NCBI RefSeq assembly: GCF_963853765.1 | Contig: NC_088862.1 | Span: 19,964,001 to 20,028,000 of the forward strand | Length of the DNA stretch: 64,000 nt | DNA from: Magallana gigas | Taxonomy: Eukaryota | Reading direction: 5' to 3' | In this document: piece after piece, positions 52,498-64,000 of the stretch | Numbering within the stretch: the stretch's first letter is position 1 | Layout of the letters: every line of letters begins with the position of its first letter | Program-made: the position numbers and the translations under genes | Notes under the pieces: model-generated | Told to the model about the DNA's origin: nothing | The model's database searches: none | What the model saw: the letters and a program-made list of their open reading frames with translations, nothing else

Positions 52498-53832
52498 TAG
52501 TTATAACATTATGCTATTCGCGGACAAGACCAAGGTAAAATAGGGAACAAGAATATCCTCAAAATGAAAGACTGATCTACAATAGGGAACCCAAGCAGAA
52601 TGAGGGAATACTACACCTCTCTTGTTTTCAGATTTTGTTTTGAATTTAGATGGACGAAACATCTAAAACTCATCACGTGTCATAATGATATGTTTTGAGT
52701 AGAAACTCAAATCCTCCCCCGGGGAACTAACCGCCGTACAGAGGATTGAGAGATCATATTTACCATTACTACTTTGTTTACCCATGGGGCTGTAATCTAA
52801 ATATAACAGAAGTTAGCACGTGGTATTTCGTTTTGTCATTAACAAAAACAAGGGTAAATTCCATCATTTGCAAGGGTCCACGTAATCATGTCGTTGGAGC
52901 AAGGCCATACATTCACAATGTTATGATTGATAGATCGATACACGTATGTTATATCGCATATTATTTTACTGTATTCAAACATACAACTGTTGCATTTATG
53001 TGCCCAAAGGGAAAAAACATCAAAATTGAACACATAAACGATAAACGTAAGTGTGAAATTCATTGACATGAAAGTATAGGGGAAAATATCATCGAAAACT
53101 TTACCTATGTTTTGCTAACTAATGCTCAAAATATCAAATCTTTCGAACAATATTCGTATTTTGAAAGTAATGAACTGCGTAATACAATTTACTTAAACGT
53201 TACTGACAATAAATAACTTGTATGACGGGAAGTGGAGAAGTCCAAATGTTTTGAATAAAATTATCTGGAATTTTGATTATCAATGATGGTTGTTTCATTT
53301 TACATCTTATACAGTTTTCCTGACCAAAAGCGATGATGTAATTTTTATTTGATAACTTTCTGTGATAGTCAATATTATATCATAAGCTTGTGTGCCCTAC
53401 ATGAAAAAGTTACTATACGAATATGTATAAGATATCGAACATGCGCTCAGTGGGCTCCTGTCTTTTCTTTTTGAAATATATATACAAAGAATGATAATGG
53501 TTAAGATGAAAATGCTGGCTTAATTCTTTAAAAATGCTCTGCCACGCTTTTCGGAGACCAACCATTTCCGCTGACTGCCCTGTGACATAGTCAGTATCAC
53601 CCTGGCTGCGGTGGTTATATGTTTGACTGAGCGCTGGCCATTAAAGAAGGAGTATCCTGAAAGCTTTTTGGATTCACGTTACTTTGCCAAAAACATTTTA
53701 CAGACATTAACATGTCTTCAGAAACCCAAAAAGGACTTTTATACATTCCGGTATAAAAAAGAGTGATTGCTATGATGATTGAGGACTGGACATAATTCTG
53801 TCAATATCATTTGTTCACTACTAGACAAAATA

Positions 53833-54411
53833 ATGATGTCATCTACAAAGTATTTCAGTATCCGTCCTAAGTGGTGGGCACAGTTAAGCGTGTTGCTACT
53901 CACCACCTCCACCTATGTTACTGAAGGACACTCCCACATTACTCATGGAACTTCCACCAATAGCAATCAAGGACACCCCCATATTACTAACGGAACCTCT
54001 TTCTATGTTACACTAGGACACTCCAACATTATTCACGTGACCAACTCCACCAATGTTACTCAGGGACACTCCCACATTACTCACGGAACCTCTATTAATG
54101 GTAATCAAGGACACCCCCATATTACTCACGGAACCACCTCCACCAATGTTATACAAGGATACACCCACTTTAATTATGGGTACTCCACCTATGTTACACA
54201 AGGACACCCCCCTACCCCCATTTCCAATAAGTCCACCTCCACCAATGTTACTCAAGGATACACCCACATTACTCACGGGACCTCCGTCAATATTACACAA
54301 GGATACACCCACATTATTCACGGGACCCCCACCTATGTTACACAAGGACACTCCCAACTTCCCAACGGGACCTCCACAAATATTACTCAAGGACATCCCC
54401 ATATTACTTAG
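53833..54411 (+). CDS. Putative 192-aa His/Thr/Gly-rich repetitive protein with a signal-peptide-like N-terminus
   Basis: ATG at 53833, leader MMSSTKYFSIRPKWWAQLSVLLLTTSTYVTEG, then 14-aa repeats (STNVTQGHSHITHGT-like) with 8 N-x-S/T sequons. The frame may be open only because of the minisatellite. Confidence 0.3.
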   Translation: MMSSTKYFSIRPKWWAQLSVLLLTTSTYVTEGHSHITHGTSTNSNQGHPHITNGTSFYVTLGHSNIIHVTNSTNVTQGHSHITHGTSINGNQGHPHITHGTTSTNVIQGYTHFNYGYSTYVTQGHPPTPISNKSTSTNVTQGYTHITHGTSVNITQGYTHIIHGTPTYVTQGHSQLPNGTSTNITQGHPHIT

Positions 54412-54882
54412 GGAACCTCCGCCAATTTACAAGAGGATGCCGCCACATTACTCACGGAAACTCACTCAATGGTAATCAAGGATACACCCACATTACTCAT
54501 GGAACCACTTCCACCAATGTTATACAAGGATACACCCACATTACTCATGGAACCACCTCCACCAATGTTATATAAGGATACACCCACATTAATCACGGGA
54601 CCTCCACCTCTGTTACACAAGGACACCCCAACTTTCCGACAGGACCTCCACCAGAGTTACTCAAAGACATCCCTATATAACACAGGGAACCTCCACCAAT
54701 GTTACACAAGCTTAAGGATACTGCCACATTACTCACGGGACCTCCACCAATGTTACACAAGGATACCGCCACATTTCTCACGGGACCTCCACCAATGTAA
54801 CACAAGGATACACCCACATTTATCACGGAACCTCCATCATTGCTACAATTTAATAGGATACATCTACATTACTCACGGAACT
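53901..54882. repeat. 42-bp minisatellite, about 23 degenerate units (acctccaccaatgttacacaaggacacccacattactcacgga-like)
   Basis: Direct reading. Periodic ORFs on both strands in the track. Confidence 0.95.
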
Positions 54883-55274
54883 TTGGTCATATTACCAAAG
54901 TTTCCAGGACATCCTGTTTACAAAGTGTCAATTTCTGGGGTTTTTTTTAAGAGATTACGTGGCATTAAAGTTGCATATCAATAGATTATTTAAAGGTTTT
55001 CTCGAAAATTTCGGCCTCAAAGGGGACAAACAAAGTATCAATCTGATATGATTAATACATTTTGAAGTTAGTTTTACCTTAAATGGCAAGTCTGAAGGAC
55101 ACTCGTGTTCATTCCCAAAATAAGAAATACTTAATCGGACATTTTATGGCCATTTATTTAAAATTGCACACAAAGATATAGTGACATAAAAAACAAGCAA
55201 TTTTAGGGATTGTAACCTTTCTACAAGTAGTCGGGTGCGGGGCACGAAGTATTACGCAAACACGTGCACGTCAC

Positions 55275-55451
55275 CTGCAATGGCTGCCAATGGCATATTT
55301 CATAATCTGTTTAAGAGTAATTGTATTAAAGGTGGTCGGCGTAATTTTAGAGTGTTGAATATTTCCCAATGTTTGTAAATCATCCGGGAATTCAGATCTT
55401 TGCTTGTTGAGATCTGCGTTCAAACGACCCTCAGCTTCCACCGACTCTCGT
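55275..55451 (-). CDS. Candidate symmetric phase-2 exon (RESVEAEGRLNADLNKQRSEFPDDLQTLGNIQHSKITPTTFNTITLKQIMKYAIGSHCR)
   Basis: 177-bp open frame with donor gcag|gtgacg. Acceptor ctgcag| has a poor pyrimidine tract. Confidence 0.22.
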
Positions 55452-58400
55452 CTGCAGCGATCGATTTACCGCGCGCGCTCTGGTCCCGCACTGTATTGTG
55501 GGGTTTTTAAATCACTTCCTCATAGGTCCTTGTTGGAAGTATCGGCTGTTGCTCCGTCAGAACAGAATACCGTTATATTCCATTTTGCACTGTAAACAAA
55601 GGAACCTTTTTCTGAATAGATACCGGATTTAACTGAATCCACTCGAGTTTATTACATTGGAAAATCCATTGTGGGATTTCTTTTTTTTTAATATAAAATT
55701 TTGTAGACTTTTCAGACCTTGAAAAGTACCCAAAACCCTTGGAGACACAAATGTAAACGAGTTTCAGCAATGTCGCGATATATCTATATTGAGGTTGTTC
55801 CCGAAAACTAAACAACGTTATTTTTCTTCAAATATGTACTTTGCCACCTAAATGACTATTGGATTTGTATCGATTTTCTATTGTGCTTGGAGTGCATTTA
55901 AACAGTCATCAGGAAAATTTACAAACACTGCATTCGGAGATTGCACAAGACAACAGGAACTCGGAGCGACTTTATCTGTGTGAAACAAATCCAGGTTCAC
56001 TGTAACAGTGTTAACAGTCTCCAGAAATCTCAGGAGTTCTTGGAGAAGATAAACACTCCAGGGATTTAACCAAATCTAGATTCAGGTAGCGTAATTTGTT
56101 TAAACACTGTTTTGTTCTTGCACAGCTTGCGTTTTCTGGCTGTACTTCCCTTACGCATTAAACATGCTACATATTAATAAGGTGTATCGTTTAGATTTGG
56201 ATTGGTTTAATTATTTTGTATATTTTTTAAATGTTCAATTTATTAAATATTACTGTTAATTAATTGCTTTTTAAGCCATTAAAAAGTTTATTATAATTAT
56301 ACAAACAACTTTGGTAATTATATGTAAAAAAAAAAAATCCAAAATTTGTAATCGGATGAAAAAAATAATAAACCCCCGACATAGTTAGTAATAAACATAA
56401 ATAAACTCTTTCAAATTCATAAATATCAAACACTTACATGTAAATGCTTTTTCAACTAATAAAAGGGTTGTTATAATAATACAATATCCTCTATGGTAAT
56501 AATATGCAAAGAATTTTCTGCCCTATTATCAGAAAAAGATAAACGGCTGATATACAAAAATAAACTATCAACTTTTGCGGCAAAATTAGTGTTATTACCT
56601 ACCGTAATGTCGGTGGTAGAACTAATCCGCGCTTAGTTAAAATGGTGTGAAACACGGCTTTCGCGATCGTTTGGAATATTTACTTTATCAGAAAACAGCA
56701 AGTGGTCTGAACTGTTAAACAAACAATAATTCCTTAGATCTTTTTAGTTGACTCAGTTTATTTACATGTAATTAGTATTCCCTTAGATCAATGTACATTT
56801 TTTTTTAAATTATTATTTTATATGATGTATTCAGATCTGGAGCGCATACGACATGACAATTTTAGCCGTTCTTTTGGAATCAAAAGTAGAGAAAAGAATT
56901 GAAATTATTTAACCAAAAGCATGAAAGAGCGAATCTTTCTACTGTTACTCACTCTCTGTATTTTTACTTACATCATCGTCATCATCATCGCATGTACAAA
57001 TCTACATGTAACCAAACTAAAAGTAAGTACTGATAGTTACAAGCATTGTGCACTAGGAAGCAGTCAGCAGAGAGAGAGAGGATGCTTAGGGACTCTAATA
57101 CCTATAAAAGCCTCATTAATGATCAGATAATTGGAATGGACAGTCTGGATAAAAGTGTTTATTCCGGTTAAAAAGCAGCACATGGGGAGTGAAATCCGGA
57201 ACTTAGGTTAACTAAACACACAGGCTGTATGATCGGTCGGTCCACGGCTGTTACACATTCATATCGTTAATAAAATGTAATCTACATGAAGCGCGGTAAT
57301 TCAACGGTATTTTGAGATAGTTGATTGAGCCTTTTTTATATAAGTGAAATTATCTGTATCTGAATTCCATTAAGATTATTCTTAACATTACAGATGCCTC
57401 CCATGCCGTTAAATTAAGGATAATGAACCAGACCTCCTTGTATATTAAAGACGCTAACATTTCGCTTACATTGGGTACGACATGCCGATAAAAGTGAAGG
57501 CATGCAACAATGACATCTCTCCCTTCCTCCATCTCTTCTTTTTCTTTCTCTCTTTTTTTTTGGAATTTATTTACTTTTCACCTTCCTCCCACAAAAACCT
57601 TTGGAACTTTAAAACGTCACATATTTATTTAATTTTGTTGGTTAATTATTGACAAATTCGGGCTGCATTAGACTAGGCTTGATCCAATTATCTCGCTAAA
57701 CAAGCGATTCCGGAGTCTCAGAACCTAGTAAGCCATTCTATATCCAAGTCAGGTTCCGACTTTGTAACCTTCTCCTCTCAACTGGTTCACGAGTGTGTTA
57801 TGAATAATTGATGAGTTAATTCATGAATCTGTTAAGGTGAATATATATAAGCTACGACAGAATAGCGTCGTTCACCAATTAGCCATACAAATGCTTCAAA
57901 CTCCCGCGCTGAACAGTTTGCTAACAACTATTACCACGATGTTCGCTGAGGTAATCACGATGGTTTTGGATGACAGACATAAATAGGTTTTTTTCTTCAA
58001 ATTTTTTTTTATGTAAACGAGCTACAAGTCAATTAACAAATGTACAACCACTGTATCCTAATAAAAAACCACCAAAGGCTCCAAATAACACCATTCCCCA
58101 CAAACCCTGTACTCCCACACCATCCACCCCCTCCCAGAAAAAGAAAACAAAAACAGAGGGAGATTTTGCAACGAAAAGTGAGAATTTGTTATTTAATATT
58201 AGTACAAGTATATGGCACGTATCTACAACAGGTAGTACATAGTAAACACGTTCACGTTATGTTTTGCTTTTCATCGCTTTATATGCGTGTATTTTTTAAA
58301 ATATGCAAAATGCGTGTTTTGAGTATACTTTTCTACCAAGGAATACTGTTAATCCCTCTTGCATTATAATCTTTTTAAAATTAATTGTTTTCACTCTATT

Positions 58401-59201
58401 ACTTGATGAATGATTGTCTTTTCCCCCTTTGGGCAGTAGCTTTATTCCCGAGAATTACATCAATATTTGTGAAGATATTGTTTTCCTGTATTTAGTCCCG
58501 GCAGATTGATAGCACGTTGATGTTTGTTCTTCGCCGATTGTTTTTGGACCGGAGAAAACGCGAGCGCCTCAATTCCAAAGAAGATAATCTATTTTTTTTA
58601 TTTTGAATTTCATTTCCAGCGATAACCTTAGCTCGTCCTCTCGGTGTTCAAACTCTGTAGTAGTTAATCACGTTTTTGACCAATTGATTCTCCCCTGTCA
58701 AACATTTTTCTCCCTTCTACAATAATTAATAAATTCTTTTGTTGATTTATTTGCCATCACAAAATCTCTCTCATCGACGAAATGTCGCCATACTTAAATC
58801 CACAGGGACCTCATTATGGGAGCGACCACAAATTGCTGCAGAATCCCTCTCTTATCCCAAATTTAGATACAATGATAAATATGTCATTTGTTCTGTTCAT
58901 CGATTAAGCTGTTTAACATTTCAGTCTTAACTGATGTCGCTGACAAAGAAATAACAAAAACAATATATGCGTATCCCTGTTAAGCTAACCTGATATACGT
59001 AAAATTCTGTTCAAATACTTCCCTAGAATTAGCTTCCGAATTAAGTTTGATTTGTACTGGAAATGCTAGCTAGGTTGCTAGCAGAAAATCACTCGATCTT
59101 TCCCCTTCGAACTATAACATAACATCTGTGATGGAAATAGAGTAAAAGAGGTTCTCGTGGAAATAAGATTATTTTTAATCATAGGAAGATGTAAACAAAC
59201 G

Positions 59202-59232
<31 letters not shown>

Positions 59233-59237
59233 TCTCT
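59202..59237. repeat. (CT)n microsatellite, interrupted
   Basis: Direct reading. Confidence 0.9.
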
Positions 59238-59481
59238 TTCGTACCAAAATCTTCTCTTCGACAGGGTTTCTTTATTGATTGGTGTTTTATTAATCAATGA
59301 ACATACTTCTCATAATTAAGCATTGAATTATGAATGAACATACTTATGTTCAGTCATGTTGTTTTGCTTTTCATGATGTACATTATTTTTTTCGCTGTTG
59401 TGAAACAACTTACCTATATTTATTCATCTATTACTTTATTACTTATCTATATTGTTTGATCCGGAACAAGTAACAAGGTGG

Positions 59482-59484
<3 letters not shown>

Positions 59485-59554
<70 letters not shown>
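59485..59554. repeat. Compound (TC)n(TG)n microsatellite
   Basis: Direct reading. Confidence 0.97.
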
Positions 59555-59746
59555 AAACAGATTGGCGTTGTTTTTTACATGGACCACAAGCGATAAGTTT
59601 AACAGATATTATAATGCACGGTTTATATTACTCAACTATTAGAGGGAGGGGGGGGGGTCTATCTGACTGTAGTTCCGAACCCTACTCACCAGAACAGGAA
59701 AAATCAGCGACGTCCACAGAGCCTTGAATTATTTACAATCACTTAC

Positions 59747-59894
59747 GACCGCTGCATTACAACTATTGTTTTATGAAGCCAACCTTCGATTTTATTCGGT
59801 AGGGCTATTTCTGTATCCTTTAGAACGAGAGGGACCCGGATCAATGGCGGTAGATCTTCAGGGATTTGGAGTCCCGATTGATATACACGATCCC
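59747..59894 (-). CDS. Candidate exon (DRVYQSGLQIPEDLPPLIRVPLVLKDTEIALPNKIEGWLHKTIVVMQR)
   Basis: Only one frame open over 148 bp. Strong donor gtc|gtaagt; acceptor ctaactgacaag|. Confidence 0.28.
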
Positions 59895-60782
59895 CTTGTC
59901 AGTTAGTGAGTTATTTACAGAAGGGTCCATTATTATGTCTTGACATAGGATTTGGTTTTGATTTTGTTTTGGCTGTAAGAGGAGGAAATATCTGCCCTAT
60001 TAACCGATTTGTTGTAAAGTGGGGTTTTTTCTGTTAGAATAAATGGAAGAACGAACCTTATGCCTATTCAGAGTAGGTTATTACTTTGATCCCCCGAAAT
60101 GTTTTCTTTTAATTCAAATTGCTTGATTTTTACCTAATTTTTTTATGATCATGATGTTTTAAGAACGTACGCATAAAAGTTTCAGAAAGCTTGATATGGA
60201 AACGCTGGGTTCATTGGGCCAGGGCCTAATTCACCGAGATGCTATCTTTTATTAAAAAGTCTCCCTGTTTTTATACATGTATATCAACAGGATTATTAAA
60301 TCTGCTCAGCAATTTAATTTCCTCTGAATCTAATTGGCAATGTAAATGTTAATAAAAATATTGTAATGTAGTATAGTGGTGTAAAAGTAAAAACTATAAA
60401 TGCATACACGATAGAAAATGAAATAAGAAGTTATACAAAATCTCCTAATTTTTACATTAGAATCGCAGACACCGGAAAATGTATGGTTATGTATCCAAGA
60501 TATACAGAGACGTTATATACATGTATATACGTAAGGAAACGCCCTTATAAATATCAACGAGTGTTCATTAGATTTATAAATCTGACATAGTAATTATTTT
60601 ACATACCTCAATCAAAATAGCGTGGAGGAAAAACAATGATCAATATTTAACTCAATTTAAGATACAATCAACCACTGAATAGAGAGACAACTCCCTCTGG
60701 AAAAAATTATTTTTATAAGAAGGCAACATTTTTCAAATATTGCCATGCAAAGTGTGCTGGTATATTGCAATTGTCTGTATTC

Positions 60783-60845
60783 AAATCAGGAATTATCAAT
60801 TTTTCTTCACTATTTAAATCAGGAATTATCAATTTTTCTTCACTA
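60783..60845. repeat. 30-bp direct duplication (33-bp period)
   Basis: aaatcaggaattatcaatttttcttcacta at 60783 and 60816. Confidence 0.95.
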
Positions 60846-61744
60846 AAAGAATATCTTTAAGCGTTTATAATTTCACAGACGAAATATTTTCTTACTTAAA
60901 TTTTTCACTTAGAATCTTTATTTTAGTTTTATATCATTAACCCGATTCTTATTTTTAATCATAGAAAAGATGAGCGATGACTATAAACTATTGTACAAAT
61001 CATTTGGCGTTTGACAGGTACACTGTACACAGGTACACTGTACATGTATATATATAATTTAATTGTATATGCTGAGAATACCTGTCAAACGCGAAGCGTG
61101 CATTTGTACATATGCCTCAAAAAAGATAAGGAGAGGGAAATTAAAGGAAAAAAATTGGAACGACAATGAAATTATCCAAGACTTTCTCTCGCACGTAATC
61201 ATAATTGAGTTCAGTTTATTTCGAGTCACAGATGGAGACAATTTACATCGTCCTTTGAATCAGAAGTAGAACCAATATTTATGTCTTCGTCCTCGGTTTA
61301 TATCAGTAATTAGCATGAAAGCATTGGTTCTCGCAGAATTGATGGAAAATTGAACGTGGGTCGAGACAGAAGAAAGAATTGATTATATTGCTACACAAAT
61401 GCTTATCAATTACTATTATAAGCAAGAATCTAGAGCTATAGACACCGACTGTAGCCCAACTCATTGACCCCGTGATCTAAGATATAAGCAATAATAAGGA
61501 CGTCTTATTCGACAATGTGCTATTTTAAATACACGTAAAACAAATTCAGCTGACCATTACCTGGTTGAATAAAAATGATTTTTTAAATTTAAGATGATAA
61601 TATAGTTGATGACAGAAAACTCTCTGATAAATACTTTTATGTTAATTTACAGTTGCATGAGTATTCATTAACATATGCAGGAAAGAGTTCCTTGTGCATG
61701 TCATACCACACGATGTGCAGGAGAAGTTTGCAGATAACCTTTTT

Positions 61745-61747
<3 letters not shown>

Positions 61748-61791
<44 letters not shown>
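61748..61791. repeat. (TC)n microsatellite
   Basis: Direct reading. Confidence 0.98.
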
Positions 61792-61797
<6 letters not shown>

Positions 61798-64000
61798 ACG
61801 TTTGTCTTAGATATGTAACCTAGTAACCTAGTAACAAGTTACAACATCTTGCCTTGCGCTTCTAATGAGGTCTTTTCATGTTAAAGCAAATTAGGATCAA
61901 AACTGAATTCATCTTGAGCCATGCTCGCAAGCCACGCTTTGAAAACAGTTTTTGAAAAAAAAAAAGTTTTTTTCTTGCGAACTCCTTGTGTCATTAGAAC
62001 AAAAGTACCACAATAGGTACAACAAAATACCTCAGATACACATATACAGATTACTGACAGTAAAGGAGTATTTATTACATTATAACGATAGAATGAAATA
62101 AATAAATATAAAATATTAATATATATAAAATAAAAAGCTCTTTGATAAAATATACAGAAACGTTTTGACAATCATAGCGGAACTCTTCATTCGATCATGG
62201 TCCCGGTCTTTTATTAATACATGTCACTTTTCGGATTACTGGTTTGCCTATCCTGATGATCGTAAATCAACATTTCCTTTTTCACGATCATATATATTTG
62301 GAACAGTGTGCTGTAAAATGAAATTAAAAAGTGCAACCTACTTGAACTGGACAACATACAATCTAAGGCAAATCAAAAATTGAATTTTGTCTTGTTGAAG
62401 TGCAAAAGTGCATGGCCACGTTATGTTTGATCATTTAGTAAATTTCTCGTGCTTTGTGCTATGTTGTTATCATTGACTGCAGTAATCGGTGAAATATCCC
62501 TCATTTATCGATATGTTACTTTTAACCGCAATATCATTTAATCCATTTGGTTTCGTTCGAAAACATGAAATAAACCTTATAATGAAAATTTTGAATTTTA
62601 TTCATCATTTTCTACTGCCATTCTACCTTTAAGTGACTGAATTACGATAAGGCTAAAAGCGGTCACTGTAAAACAAACCTCATCTCGATGATTTAATAAC
62701 AAATCTTGTTTCCATTGAAGTCAAATCATTTGATCGCAACGAAACATCAGATCAACTAAGACCTACTTAATTAAAACGAGCTCGATTGTTTCTGTGTTCT
62801 CATTAGATACCCAAAGCTTTGTTGTTTATTTTTAGGACTTAATTAAATTGATTTCATTACAAGTTTCTTTTTTTTTTTCGTTTAATCAAAATCTCATAAT
62901 GAACAAAGCTATCAAAAATCAAAAATCCTCTGGGTCGGGGGACTCACGTTGTACGGATTAATAACCGTATCAGAGAGTGCATCCAGATGGATTTCTTTTT
63001 TAAAAGTTAGAGTATTCACGTAGCTAAAACATTAATTATCGTATAATGCAGGGGGAAAAAAATGAAAACTGTTAAAATAATTGAAAATGTCGAAAATACT
63101 GAGAACTGCAAACTGGTGAAACATAAATCGCAATAACGTATGATTATTTAACGAGGCCTTAGCCACTGTTGCACTTAATGGGTGCGAACGTGTTGGCGTT
63201 AAACAATGAAAGATAAAAAGATAAAATATGTAGATCAAATGAAAAGAAGAAAATAATATGCAAAAATCTATGATGAAAATTTCCATTATTAAAACCATCT
63301 GGCGCCTTTTGCGAGCCATGCTCTGACGACTGATTCAGGCTCAGTGTGTTAGGTGGGCCAGGGAGTACTCCCTAGAGACATACAGCGATCACGGACAAAA
63401 CAGACAAAGTGAAAGTCAAAATAATAAATATCCATATCTATCAAAGTCTTAATGTGCTTTTGCCTATTTTATGAGTTATTGCACGAAACCCATGAATATT
63501 TTTCGGAATTGAATGTAAACAATAGACAGAGGTGTAAAAATGTGGTTTATGTGTTATTGCTTTTAGCGATTAGGTAACTAAAAGATAATAATGCTCTTCT
63601 GCATAAACATGTACCTCTAACAAATATTTACGGAATCAATTTATTTGTACATTAAAACTGCGCAGAAAAACACAATATTTTCCCTTTCCGCTCGTCTTTT
63701 GTACACATTGCATGTAATGTATGTATATGTTAAAGGGTAAAATAGCTAATATGCCTGAATTAGAACATTTTACAGTTTCTTTGCATATTTAAACGCAAAC
63801 CAAAACAGAAGCTCATATAATTCACAGAATTTTATTTTTCCCGATGTGAAAAATAAACACCTTACCTGATACGTGTTAAACATTCTACATGCAATTATAT
63901 TATTAGGTAATGAGTATATCTTTTAGTACGGAAAAAAAAATACAATGAGGTCAGGTGCCTCTGTGATATCAGTCTATCTAGAAAAGTGAATACATGAAAT

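Noticed and set aside
54013-54984. Alternative-frame and antisense ORFs over the 42-bp array (Pro-rich and Gly/Val-rich)
   Set aside because: Automatic consequence of a stop-free repeat unit; no leader or independent support.
11259-59727. ORFs with SLSL, RERE or IYIY runs (11259, 21811, 51919, 59452)
   Set aside because: Translations of dinucleotide microsatellites.

Overview
AT-rich eukaryotic genomic DNA with three sized scaffold gaps (3309-3453, 20940-21076, 24841-24992). The repeat types (Helentron/HINE-type ends, CATGCGCGGATC MITE, very frequent TACATGTA) suggest a bivalve, probably an oyster of the Crassostrea/Magallana type; this is an inference. I could not identify any protein-coding gene with confidence. 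Most ORFs in the track are artefacts of microsatellites, gaps or repeats, and only a few low-confidence exon candidates remain. The window is dominated by non-autonomous DNA transposons: nested Helentron-associated elements with 437-bp internal tandem arrays, a TTAA-flanked MITE carrying tRNA-type A/B boxes, long-palindrome Crypton-like elements, a foldback-like TIR element and G-rich MITEs. It also holds a 352-bp inverted repeat at 98% identity and a 42-bp minisatellite that reads as a His/Thr-rich protein with a signal-peptide-like leader. The most unusual signal is at 43784-44082: six spaced copies of an 18-nt core, each closed by its own different stem. The mismatches mostly resolve to G-U pairs on the minus strand, which points to a strand-specific array of UCAU-capped RNA hairpins inside an LTR-like segment. 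All counts and alignments were done by eye.
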